From a virus (Duplodnaviria > Caudoviricetes): a DNA stretch of 41,313 bases. The stretch spans positions 1 to 41,313 of IMG/VR virus record IMGVR_UViG_3300048852_000102; one strand, written 5' to 3'. Under the pieces are notes generated by a model that saw only the letters and a program-made list of their open reading frames with translations, did not search any database and had not been told where the DNA came from. The stretch's first letter is position 1. Each line of letters begins with the position of its first letter. Shown piece by piece: positions 1-8,626 of the stretch. Both the position numbers and the translations under genes were made by a program.

Positions 1-288
1 GGAAGTGGTGTTTGGGGTGGGGGTTATAGGGGGGGTCTGGGGGGGCAAGGGGGCGGGGCCCTTAGTGTCCGCCGTGACGTCACGGGTTGTCACGGGTTGT
101 AACGTGACGTCACGTGACATCACGTGACCACGACGACGGGCCTGACGCTCCCGGTCCGCCTGCCGACGCTTCTCGATCGCCTCGCGCTCGGCCGAGGCGC
201 GACCAAGCTCCAGCGCCACGCGCTGCACGAGGTCGGCATCGACGCCGGCACGGATCAGGTCAGCGATAAGGGTGGCGTCCGTGCTCAC
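1..288 (-). CDS. Phage replication initiator-like protein, N-terminal part (runs off window; not in ORF track)
   Basis: GTG at 288 overlaps the TGA of the upstream ORF (GTGA). Manual translation VSTDATLIADLIRAGVDADLVQRVALELG...EKRRQADRERQARRR..SRDVTLQPVTTRDVT..PPQTPP has the layout of alphaproteobacterial prophage replisome organisers and resembles 39330-40002. Confidence 0.6.
   Translation of the reverse strand, partial: MSTDATLIADLIRAGVDADLVQRVALELGRASAEREAIEKRRQADRERQARRRGHVMSRDVTLQPVTTRDVTADTKGPAPLPPQTPPITPTPNTTS
74..129. repeat. Iteron-like GTGAC/GTCAC repeat cluster inside the replication gene (putative origin)
   Basis: CACGGGTTGT twice in tandem plus several CGTGAC/GTCACG copies. Confidence 0.5.
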
Positions 289-512
289 GACTGCTCACCC
301 TTCTGTCGAAGCTGCTCGGCGTTGTCCCTGACCCACTCCAGGGTGCGGACAGCGGCCTCCAGGGGCACCAGCTTTGAGCGGCACGCACCGGTCTCGACGC
401 TGCGATGCTTCTCGGGCGCGAGCTGCCACGCTTCGACGGCCGAGCGGATGCTGAGCAGGCAGCACAGCACCTCGTCGATCTGTTGCTGAATGGTGGGGCG
501 CTCGTCGCTCAT
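285..512 (-). CDS. Hypothetical phage protein, 75 aa
   Basis: MSDERPTIQQQIDEV...; coupled to neighbours by ATGA and GTGA overlaps. Confidence 0.6.
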   Translation of the reverse strand: MSDERPTIQQQIDEVLCCLLSIRSAVEAWQLAPEKHRSVETGACRSKLVPLEAAVRTLEWVRDNAEQLRQKGEQS

Positions 513-750
513 GCCCGCGCATCCAGGGTGCGCGACAGCAGGCGCGCGGCGTGCCGTGCCTCCTGTAGTCGGCGCTCCTCGCCCAGACCGCGCACGCCCT
601 GGCGCTGGTCCGGAGGCTTGCCCGCGACGAGCAGAGCGGCCGCCCGGCGCCGGTCGCGGCCGATGCGGAGCCGCGCAGCCCGTCGGCACGCAGCCTCCTT
701 GCTCGCGCCATCACCGCCCTCACCGGCGCGCCCACCAAAGGTTCTGCAGC

Positions 751-1629
751 ATGACCCCAGCCATCACCCCCGAGCTTCGGGAGAGGGCGGGGAAGGACCG
801 TCCGATCATCTTCTCGGCAAGCATGGTCCGAGCCCTGATTGAGGGCCGGAAGACGCAGACGAGGCGGGTTCTGTCCCGTCTGACGCGCTTCGGCGCCGTG
901 ACCGAGTTCGGGCCGAGCGATACGCGCGGCTACGACTGGCACTTTCGCGACCCCTCGAAGCGGTGGCACGACCTCCGCGACGCCGAACTGAAGACGTACC
1001 TTCCCTATGCGTTCGGCGACCGGCTGTGGGTCCGCGAGAACCATCAGTTCCGGGGGGCTTCCTACAACGACGGCACCGAAAGCGAACCAAACTGGAGCGA
1101 TGAAGAGTGGTTCCGGTGCTGGGGAAGCGGTGGCGCCGGAGATAGCTGGGACCCTGATTTCCCGGACGGTTGGAGTCCCAGCCGCCACATGGGCGTGCAC
1201 GATCTCACCGGGCCGGAGCACGACGAGGGCGAGGCTGTGCGCGGCCTCGCGACCAAGGTCCTGCCGTCGATCCACATGCCGCGGTGGGCCTCGCGCGTGA
1301 CACTCCTCGTCACCGACGTTCGGGTCGAGCGGCTCAACGCGATCAGCGAGGCTGACGCGATCGCCGAGGGCATGCCGGATTTCGGCTCATTTTGTGAAAG
1401 CCTCGATCCCGGCACCCTCAACGCGGCTGGCGAGACAGCATCGGAAACTGCCAGTCGCCTCCGGTGGCCGCAGCGGTGGTTCGCCTCCCTCTGGAACGAC
1501 ATCAACGGCGCCGGGGCATGGGACGCGAACCCGTGGGTCGTGGCGGTCAGCTTCCAGCCCTTCCGGACCAACGTCGACCGCATGCCCGAGCGGCCGGCGC
1601 CGGTCGCCCTTCCCGCCGCCGCCGAGTGA
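751..1629 (+). CDS. Conserved phage early protein (RPIxFS..MVRA..GRKTQTRR / PSIHMPRWASR family, possibly ASCH-like)
   Basis: Motifs RPIIFSASMVRALIEGRKTQTRR, GDRLWVRE, PSIHMPRWASR, WDANPWV; ATG at 751. Confidence 0.8.
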   Translation: MTPAITPELRERAGKDRPIIFSASMVRALIEGRKTQTRRVLSRLTRFGAVTEFGPSDTRGYDWHFRDPSKRWHDLRDAELKTYLPYAFGDRLWVRENHQFRGASYNDGTESEPNWSDEEWFRCWGSGGAGDSWDPDFPDGWSPSRHMGVHDLTGPEHDEGEAVRGLATKVLPSIHMPRWASRVTLLVTDVRVERLNAISEADAIAEGMPDFGSFCESLDPGTLNAAGETASETASRLRWPQRWFASLWNDINGAGAWDANPWVVAVSFQPFRTNVDRMPERPAPVALPAAAE

Positions 1630-1634
1630 CCGCC

Positions 1635-2747
1635 ATGGCCCAGAACAGCAAGATCGAGTGGACCGAGGCGACCTGGAACCCGATCGTCGGGTGCACCATC
1701 GTCTCGCCCGGCTGCACCAACTGCTACGCGATGAAGATGGCGGCCCGTCTCGATGCGATGGGGCAGCCGCGATATGCCGGCCTGACGAAGCCGAGCAAGG
1801 CCGGCGCGGTCTGGACCGGCGAGATGAAGCTCGCCGAGGAAGCGCTGACGATCCCGCTCCGGCGCAAGAAGCCGACCGTGTGGTTCGTGAACTCCATGTC
1901 GGACCTGTTCCACGAAAGCGTGCCCGATGCGTGGATCGACCGGGTGTTCGCCGTCATGGCGCTGTGCCCGCAGCACACCTTTCAGGTGCTCACGAAGCGA
2001 TCGGCGCGGACGCGGGCGTACATGGCTGACGAGGGTGCGGTCGGTGAGCGGCTTTACCTGGCAGCCCGTGCCATTCTCAGCCGCTGTCCGGGGTCTTCAC
2101 CGGCATGGCCGCTGAAAAACGTCTGGCTTGGCGTCTCGGCCGAGGATCAGCGCCGCGCCGACGAGCGCGTGCCGGACCTGCTCGCGACGCCCGCGGCCGT
2201 CCGCTTCGTCAGCGCTGAGCCGCTGCTGGGGCCGATCGACTTCACGCGGATCGAGGCGCGATCCACCGGCACGCTGATCAACGGCGATTTCGCCCACCCG
2301 AAGCGGATCAATGCGCTCACCGGCTGGGCCGGGCACTACCCGAGCCCGACCGTGTTCCACACGCGGAGCCACCGCGTCGCGGCCCTCTCCTGGATCATCG
2401 TCGGCGGAGAGTCGGGCCCGAGCGCCCGCCCGATGCACCCGGCATGGGCCCGCAGCATCCGCGACCAGTGCGCGGCGGTCGGCGTGGCGTACCTGTTCAA
2501 GCAATGGGGGGCATGGGGTCCAGAGCATCCCGACTGGCCTCGCGCCCAGGCTACCGTCATGGCGGATGACGGCACGCTCTACCGGCCCGAGGATCTTGCT
2601 TGTCCCGACGGCGCCCGCCGAGGCGAGGCGGTCCGCACCAACCACGACCGTGCGACGCTGACCAACATCTACCGTGTCGGCAAGAAAGCCGCTGGCCGCC
2701 TCCTCGATGGCGTCGAGCACAACGGAATGCCCGAGGTGAGATCGTGA
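1635..2747 (+). CDS. Phage Gp37/Gp68 (DUF5131) family protein, radical-SAM-like three-Cys motif
   Basis: SKIEWTEATWNP, GCTIVSPGCTNCYA (CX6CX2C), FVNSMSDLFH, HTFQVLTKR, SAEPLLG, WIIVGGESG, FKQWG. Confidence 0.9.
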   Translation: MAQNSKIEWTEATWNPIVGCTIVSPGCTNCYAMKMAARLDAMGQPRYAGLTKPSKAGAVWTGEMKLAEEALTIPLRRKKPTVWFVNSMSDLFHESVPDAWIDRVFAVMALCPQHTFQVLTKRSARTRAYMADEGAVGERLYLAARAILSRCPGSSPAWPLKNVWLGVSAEDQRRADERVPDLLATPAAVRFVSAEPLLGPIDFTRIEARSTGTLINGDFAHPKRINALTGWAGHYPSPTVFHTRSHRVAALSWIIVGGESGPSARPMHPAWARSIRDQCAAVGVAYLFKQWGAWGPEHPDWPRAQATVMADDGTLYRPEDLACPDGARRGEAVRTNHDRATLTNIYRVGKKAAGRLLDGVEHNGMPEVRS

Positions 2748-3169
2748 GAGTTAGCTCTACTGGAACGACCAGGCTCGTTGTCGTGCTCGGCTCATACGCC
2801 TTGAAGATCGCGCGTAGCCCAGCTCATTGCGCCTGTAACCTGTTTGAGGCTCGCATCTGGCGCGAGGCCACACCAGCTCGCCGCGGCATGTTGTGCCCGG
2901 TCCTCGCGTGCCATCCGAGCGGTACGATACTCCTCATGCCGGCAGCAAAGCCGCTGACTGCAGAGGAATACGCGAAGCTTGAGTTCGAGGACTTCCCGGA
3001 CTGGGACTACATGCCCGGCGGCGAAGAAGATCCTTGCGAGTACGAGAAGCCCTCTGATTGGGGATGGCTCGATGGGAGGCTGGTCGCGCTCGACTACTCC
3101 GCGCCGGCTATTCCGTTCGGGGACGACGACCGACGACCCCCTCAACCGATCAGATCGTCGAGCAGATGA
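2744..3169 (+). CDS. Small protein-kinase-like-fold phage protein (putative)
   Basis: GTG overlaps the upstream stop; ordered motifs GTTRxV, ALK, NxxE, LCPV, EKPSDWG, LVALDY. Confidence 0.5.
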   Translation: MRVSSTGTTRLVVVLGSYALKIARSPAHCACNLFEARIWREATPARRGMLCPVLACHPSGTILLMPAAKPLTAEEYAKLEFEDFPDWDYMPGGEEDPCEYEKPSDWGWLDGRLVALDYSAPAIPFGDDDRRPPQPIRSSSR

Positions 3170-3330
3170 GGAAGCGCATGTTCGTCGTGTTCGACCTGGA
3201 TGGCACCCTGGCCCTCACCGAGCACCGGGCGCACTTCCTGAAGCGCCCCTCGAAGGAGAAGGACTGGCGCGGGTTCTATGCGGCCTGCGACAAGGACCAG
3301 CCCTGTCACCCGATCATCTGGACGCCGCTG
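3166..3330 (+). pseudogene. HAD/PNK-type phosphatase N-terminal fragment
   Basis: VVFDLDGTLA (DxDGT) and DWRGFYAAC; similarity stops after ~50 aa and the frame runs into an unrelated gene. Confidence 0.75.
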
Positions 3331-3363
3331 GCGCGGCGCTGCCAACCCATGGATCTGCCTGTG

Positions 3364-5241
3364 ATGAAGCGTTTTCTTGCCCCTCTCTTCGCGCTGCTGG
3401 CGCTCGCCGCGCCGGCACTCGCGCAAACCAGCGACCTGCCGCCCGGCGAGATCCGCCCGAATGGAGACATCACCTTCGGCAACGCGCTGAAGCTGGGAAA
3501 GCGCGAAGGCAACCTGACCGTCATCACGCCCGATACGCTGCAGATCCTGGGTTCCGGCTCGACGGGTGACGCGTCCGGCCTGAGCGCGACCCTTCCCGGC
3601 GGCACGGCCGGCACGCTCAAGGATCTGCTGACCGGCTCCGTCTCGGCTGCGCCTTATCTGCTGAACAGGTCAGGCGCGGCGCAGGTCACCGAAGGACTGC
3701 AGGCTGCCGTCGCCGCCGTAGTCAATCAGGGCGGCGCGTTGCTGATCCCACCGGGCGACTACACCGTCGATGGATTGACGGTCGATGCCACAAAAGGCGG
3801 CACGCTCTTCGCCCTGCCCGGAACCGTGAAGTTGCGGGCCTCAAAAGCCAACGTCACGCTCATCACCGTCATCAACTCTCAGGCCGGCTTCAACCCGGTC
3901 AACATCGACGGCGTGGGATTTTATGGCAACAATTTCGCCAATGCCACGGGCATCCGCTGTGACAACCCGCTATTCCTGAACATCCGGAACATCCACACGC
4001 ACTTCATCGACTACGCGGCCCGGATCACGAGCAACCGGCCGGCTGGCTCCTACAAGGTCACCGTCGCCAACGTCACTCAGTGGGGCCAGGGCTCGTGGAT
4101 CTTCGAGGGCGCCGAGGCTCACAAGTTCCTGTTCGACGTCAACATCAGCAACGTCAACCATTTCTCTGGCGGAGGCACGGTCTGGAGGGCGGCGTGGTTC
4201 ACCTTCCGCAACGTCATCAGCCTCAACCTGAGCAACGTTCTCTCGAACAGTCTCGACGGGGCCGCGAACGGCTTCGACTTGCTTGAACACATCGAGGGCG
4301 TGTTCGCCAGCAACGTCATCGTAGGCTTCCCGAAGACGGGTGTGCGGATCGCCAGGCTGCCCGGTCAGGCCACGCCCCCAGCCTACATCTACCTGAGCAA
4401 CTTCGCGATTGATCAGCCCACGGAAACCGGCTTCGACGTGGACGCCTACGTGCTCAAGGTGACGAACGGCAACGTGACAGGCTCGCGCTACCGCAACGGC
4501 ACCGGCCCGGCATTCCTCGTCCGAGCGAAGGCCGAGGACGTTGCAATCACCAACTTCCTGATCAGCGACAACAACCGGGACGGCCTGAAGGTCGAGCAGG
4601 GCGCCCGGCACGTCTCGGTCGCGCAGGCGAACATCCGGGGCAACGCTGTTGCCTCTGGCTTCGATGTCAACGTGGCGGCTAACTCGCCGCTCGACCCGGT
4701 GTTCGGGGATGGCAACTGGCTGGGCACCGTCAACATCACCGGCCAGATCCTGAGCAACGGCAAGACCTCTCGGTATTGGGCGGTCGATCGCACCCAGACC
4801 GGCACGCCGGCCAGCACGGTCTCGACACCATTGAAGGTCTACTGGACCCCGGCTGGGCGCATTCCGGTGGGCAAAGAGGCCGTCGAGCAAATCCTTCCCC
4901 TGGGCGCAACGCTACGGGTCAGGTCGACCGGCCGGTTCGGGAGCAACGGCAACGCCAAGTCTCTGTCGATGAACTTTGCTGGGACCGACATCGTAGTGAC
5001 CAGCGGGCGCTACAATAACCTGCCGTGGTCGGTCGAAATGGACATCGAGCCGGCAGGCGTCGGTGGTCAGAACTGGGTGACCGCCAAGCTTTATGTCGGT
5101 ACCACTCTGGTGGCGCAGACCAACCGCAGCGTCGTCGCTGACCTTAAGGCGTCTCAGGTCATCAACATCTACGCGGCCAACGCCGTTGCCGCCGCCAACG
5201 ATGTCACCGCTGCTACTTTGACGGTCGAGGCGGTGCTTTGA
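3364..5241 (+). CDS. Tailspike-like / pectin-lyase-like beta-helix protein with N-terminal signal peptide
   Basis: MKRFLAPLFALLALAAPALAQ signal peptide; LQAAV..GGALLIPPGDY entry motif; long N/G/V/I-rich beta-helix-like body. Confidence 0.7.
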   Translation: MKRFLAPLFALLALAAPALAQTSDLPPGEIRPNGDITFGNALKLGKREGNLTVITPDTLQILGSGSTGDASGLSATLPGGTAGTLKDLLTGSVSAAPYLLNRSGAAQVTEGLQAAVAAVVNQGGALLIPPGDYTVDGLTVDATKGGTLFALPGTVKLRASKANVTLITVINSQAGFNPVNIDGVGFYGNNFANATGIRCDNPLFLNIRNIHTHFIDYAARITSNRPAGSYKVTVANVTQWGQGSWIFEGAEAHKFLFDVNISNVNHFSGGGTVWRAAWFTFRNVISLNLSNVLSNSLDGAANGFDLLEHIEGVFASNVIVGFPKTGVRIARLPGQATPPAYIYLSNFAIDQPTETGFDVDAYVLKVTNGNVTGSRYRNGTGPAFLVRAKAEDVAITNFLISDNNRDGLKVEQGARHVSVAQANIRGNAVASGFDVNVAANSPLDPVFGDGNWLGTVNITGQILSNGKTSRYWAVDRTQTGTPASTVSTPLKVYWTPAGRIPVGKEAVEQILPLGATLRVRSTGRFGSNGNAKSLSMNFAGTDIVVTSGRYNNLPWSVEMDIEPAGVGGQNWVTAKLYVGTTLVAQTNRSVVADLKASQVINIYAANAVAAANDVTAATLTVEAVL

Positions 5242-5362
5242 TCCGTTCTCGCACCGCACGCGCTCAGGATTGCCGATGAGATCGAGGCGCTTCTGCTGCC
5301 GAGTCGCGCCGGGCAATTTCTGATGTCTGCCCCCTCCACCAACACCACCGCACGAGGCCGAG

Positions 5363-5791
5363 ATGCGTAGCGCCAGCCTGCCGGGCCCGGCGGAGGTCAC
5401 CGACGACACGATGCTGCCGCTGAAGATGGCGGCCGAACTCGCGCAGGCGCACGGCGTACTCGCCGCTGCCTCAGCGAAATCCTTGCGGCGCGAGGCAGAC
5501 CGTGGTCGCTTGGAGATCTGGCTTCCCTTCGGCCGCCAGCATACGACGCTCGGCGCCATCAAGCGGATGATCAAACGATGCCACGTCCAGCCAAGGGCGC
5601 CCGCCTCTACTACCGGCGAAAGGACGACCGGTGGGTCATCAAAGATGCCGGAGGAGTCGAGCTCGGCACTGGCTGCGCTTATGGAGAGCACGCGCAGGCT
5701 GAGAGACAATTCCAAGCGTACCTCGCGCAGAAGCACCAGCCCGACTTCGGGACAGGTGATCCCGCTCGCGTCGAGATCCTCGACGTCCTGA
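5363..5791 (+). CDS. Excisionase-like protein overlapping the integrase start
   Basis: SLRREADRGRL..HTTLGAIKRM pattern with a Ser/Thr-rich tail overlapping int; start may be 5411. Confidence 0.6.
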   Translation: MRSASLPGPAEVTDDTMLPLKMAAELAQAHGVLAAASAKSLRREADRGRLEIWLPFGRQHTTLGAIKRMIKRCHVQPRAPASTTGERTTGGSSKMPEESSSALAALMESTRRLRDNSKRTSRRSTSPTSGQVIPLASRSSTS

Positions 5792-6751
5792 AGCTCTATG
5801 CCGACGAGCGGGCGCCGGAGACGGAGCGGCCCGACGTCGTCACGAGCGCGCTCCCACACCTCGGGCAGTTCTTCGCCGGCAAGAAGGTCGCCCATGCGAC
5901 CCCGAACGTCTGCCGCGCCTACGCCAAGTGGCGCATGGCCCAGCCGCAGGCACGCTACAAAGTCGGGGAGGGCTATCGCTTCAAGACGGTCGACGAGGTG
6001 CCGCGCGTCGGCTCCCAGACGGTCCGCCGCGAGCTCGGCGTGCTGTCGGCGGCGTTCGGCTACGCGCACAAGGAGCACAAGCTCCTGTATCCGGTCGTCG
6101 TGACGATGCCGGACAAGACGCCCGGCCGAGATCGCTGGCTTACCCGCGGCGAGGCTGCGAGCCTGATCTGGGCCGCCCTCGGTTTCCGGCGGGTCAAGGA
6201 TCCGGAGACGGGGCGCGAGGTCTGGCGCCGCACGGGCGAGGCGCAGGGCAAGACCCGGCACGTTGCCCGCTTCATCCTCGTTGGCCTCTATACCGGCACC
6301 CGGCACGAGGCGATCCTTCGGCTCAAGTGGTTGCCGACGACCGAGGGCGGCTACGTCGACCTACGCAGCGGCATCATCTACCGGCGCGGCATCGGAGAGG
6401 GGGGAGAGCTCGAAGCGGCGCACGCCCGTGCCGATCTCGAAGCGGCTCTGGGCGCACATGCGCCGCTGGCGCCCGCAGAGTGTGGCGCACGTCGTCGAGT
6501 TCGAGGGGATGCCGCTCGACCGGCTGCGGCGGGCGTGGAAGACGGCCCGGATCGCAGCGGGGCTCGGCGAGGAAGTGACCCCGCACATCCTGCGACACAC
6601 CTTCGCAACCTGGGCGGTCATGGATGGCGTGCCGTTCGGCAAGGTCGCCATGGCGCTCGGCACGACGGAGAAGGTCATCGATCAGGTGTATGGCCACCAC
6701 TCGCCGGAGAGTATGCGGTCCGTGGTCGAGAGCGTCAGCCGCCGGCGGTAA
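5578..6751 (+). pseudogene. int: Tyrosine integrase with +1 frameshift in a G6 run (6399-6404)
   Basis: Frame 1 has LYTGTR; second frame has ESSKRR, HILRHT and VYGHH; removing one G joins them. Confidence 0.85.
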
Positions 6752-6871
6752 ACGCCCCTGGAACATTTCCCCCGTTATTCCCCCGAAACCGGGGAGTTTC
6801 CGGGGACCAAAATGGCCCATCGTGGACTCCCTTAGAGGGGAGGGGCCTGGGGGATCAGGTAGGGCCGAACC

Positions 6872-6916
6872 TTTACACGGAGAGGGTCGGGGGTTCGAGT
6901 CCCTCACCGCCCACCA
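6872..6916 (+). mobile_element. att site: 3' half of tRNA-Val(TAC)
   Basis: TTTACACGGAGAGGGTCGGGGGTTCGAGTCCCTCACCGCCCACCA contains the anticodon loop, T-arm and CCA; no 5' half or D-arm upstream; ~120 bp after int. Confidence 0.85.
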
Positions 6917-7005
6917 TTATCTGCAAGCACTTAGCAACAGTGCTGCTTACCGGAGAAGCGTCGTAGTAAGCGCATGGTAAGCACCGACGGCAAAACGGAC
7001 CCGAA

Positions 7006-7272
7006 ATGCCGGGCCCGAACCCGACTGTTGGCGAGCTGTTCACAGCGAAGACCGTCAGCGATTATCAGGTGAACACGGCCGTCGATGCTTACCAAGCCGA
7101 TCCCGGCACCACCGCCAACCCGATCGCCGACGGTTATAGCCTCGATCTCGCCGCAGCCGTGGAGGCGCATCCCTTCGCGCGAGCGACTCTGTCTGAAGAG
7201 CGCCCCACCCCGTCCCGGAAGCGAAAGGCGGTTCGCGCGGCGATCCTGCTCGCGCGGGCGCAGAAGGCGTGA
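7006..7272 (+). CDS. Hypothetical protein, 88 aa
   Basis: ATG start, host-like codon usage, protein-like composition. Confidence 0.6.
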   Translation: MPGPNPTVGELFTAKTVSDYQVNTAVDAYQADPGTTANPIADGYSLDLAAAVEAHPFARATLSEERPTPSRKRKAVRAAILLARAQKA

Positions 7273-7569
7273 CCGATCCCGAGGCCGAGGTCTGGCGCCA
7301 CACATTCTGGCCCGCCTGCGACTTTGTGCTCGACGTCCGCACGCGTGGAGAGCGGAGGTTCGATAACCCGGTCAGGAAGGCCGCGACGCTCCACCCACTC
7401 AGAAGCGTGCGATACCAGTCCAAGCAGATGATCGTCGGCCGAAAACAACCTACGTTCGAGACACGATAAAACATCGGCCTATGGTAGCGGCTATCATCAG
7501 CGAGTCTGAAACAGGCGCTGATGGCTGGGAGAGCCGAGCGCTTCCGCCTGCAATGCAAGGCGAAGCGAC

Positions 7570-8313
7570 ATGCCTTCCGCCCCCAATCAACACGCCACAT
7601 CCATGCTCATCCGCAAGCTGGAAAGCATCGCCACCCTTACGGACGAGCAACGGCAGGCCGTCCTGAGCCTGCCGGTGAGAACGCACACCCTCGCTGCCCG
7701 ACAGGACATCGTGCGCGACGGAGACAAGCCCTCCCATTGCTGCCTCATCCTCGACGGCTGGGCCTATCGCTATAAGCTGCTCGGTGACGGCAGGCGGCAG
7801 ATCTTTTCGTTCCACATCTCTGGCGATGTGCCGGATCTGCAGAGTCTGCACATCCACACCATGGATCACAGCCTCGCCACCCTGACGAAGGCCACCGTCG
7901 CCTTCATCCCGCACGAGAGCCTACGAGACCTGACGCTCTGCCATCCCGACCTCGGCACTCTCTTCTGGCGCGACACACTGATCGATGCAGGCATCTTCCG
8001 GGCGTGGATGGTCGGCATGGGGCGGCGCTCAGCCTTCGAGCAGGTCGCGCACCTCTTCTGCGAGCTGTACCTGAAGCTCCAGGCGGTCGGACTGGCCGAG
8101 CACTACCGCTGTCTGCTGCCGATTACGCAGATCGATATCGCCGATGCGTTGGGCATGACCAGCGTCCACGTCAATCGTGTGTTGAAGGAGATGCGCGGCC
8201 AGACCCTCATAACACTTAGCTCTCACACGCTGATCATTGAGGCTTGGGATGAACTTCTGCGGGTCGCAGAGTTTGACCCAACGTATCTGCATCTGGAAAA
8301 GCGAGCGGCCTAA
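7570..8313 (+). CDS. Crp/Fnr family transcriptional regulator
   Basis: cNMP-binding fold (GWAYRYK..GRRQI..GD..DL), AHLFCEL, HTH TQIDIADALGMTSVHVNRVL. Confidence 0.92.
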   Translation: MPSAPNQHATSMLIRKLESIATLTDEQRQAVLSLPVRTHTLAARQDIVRDGDKPSHCCLILDGWAYRYKLLGDGRRQIFSFHISGDVPDLQSLHIHTMDHSLATLTKATVAFIPHESLRDLTLCHPDLGTLFWRDTLIDAGIFRAWMVGMGRRSAFEQVAHLFCELYLKLQAVGLAEHYRCLLPITQIDIADALGMTSVHVNRVLKEMRGQTLITLSSHTLIIEAWDELLRVAEFDPTYLHLEKRAA

Positions 8314-8558
8314 TGAGCCTTCGCCTTCAGCCTGTTCAAGTTGTGACGGGCAGCTCAGACACTGAGAGCCACCTCGTCTTCTCCGAGGGGTTCCTGGTAG
8401 CGGTTCTGGTTCAGCTCTCGGACGATCACGAAGACAGGTCTGGAATGTGGTTCCTGGAGGCGGGCTTTGGCCCCGTCGACCATCCCGATCCGCCCACTTT
8501 CGCCGATCTCGACGATGCGCAAAGCTGGATCGAGAAGCGGCTGGCGATCAGGACGTAG
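8313..8558 (+). CDS. Hypothetical protein coupled to Crp/Fnr
   Basis: TAATG overlap; LVAVLVQLS, WFLEAGFG, FADLDDAQSWI. Confidence 0.75.
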   Translation: MSLRLQPVQVVTGSSDTESHLVFSEGFLVAVLVQLSDDHEDRSGMWFLEAGFGPVDHPDPPTFADLDDAQSWIEKRLAIRT

Positions 8559-8626
8559 TCGTCGCGGCCGTGATCGATAGTAAGGTTGACCGTCTGGATA
8601 ACGCCTATAGGCCACAAGCAGCCTTG

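Larger units (their letters stand above)
1..6916. mobile_element. Prophage A remnant (right end)
   Basis: Replication and early genes, xis, int and tRNA-derived att. Confidence 0.8.

Noticed and set aside
3058-5241. 727-aa HAD-beta-helix multidomain protein
   Set aside because: HAD domain is incomplete and an internal signal peptide marks a separate gene start.
6766-6806. CCCCG/CGGGG hairpins after int
   Set aside because: No U-tract; may be arm-type att sequence but cannot be assigned.
6840-6916. Intact tRNA-Val gene
   Set aside because: No 5' acceptor strand (GGGCGG) or D-arm; only the 3' half is present.
7269-7469. 66-aa ORF after 7006-7272
   Set aside because: Only a GTGA overlap supports it; no motif.
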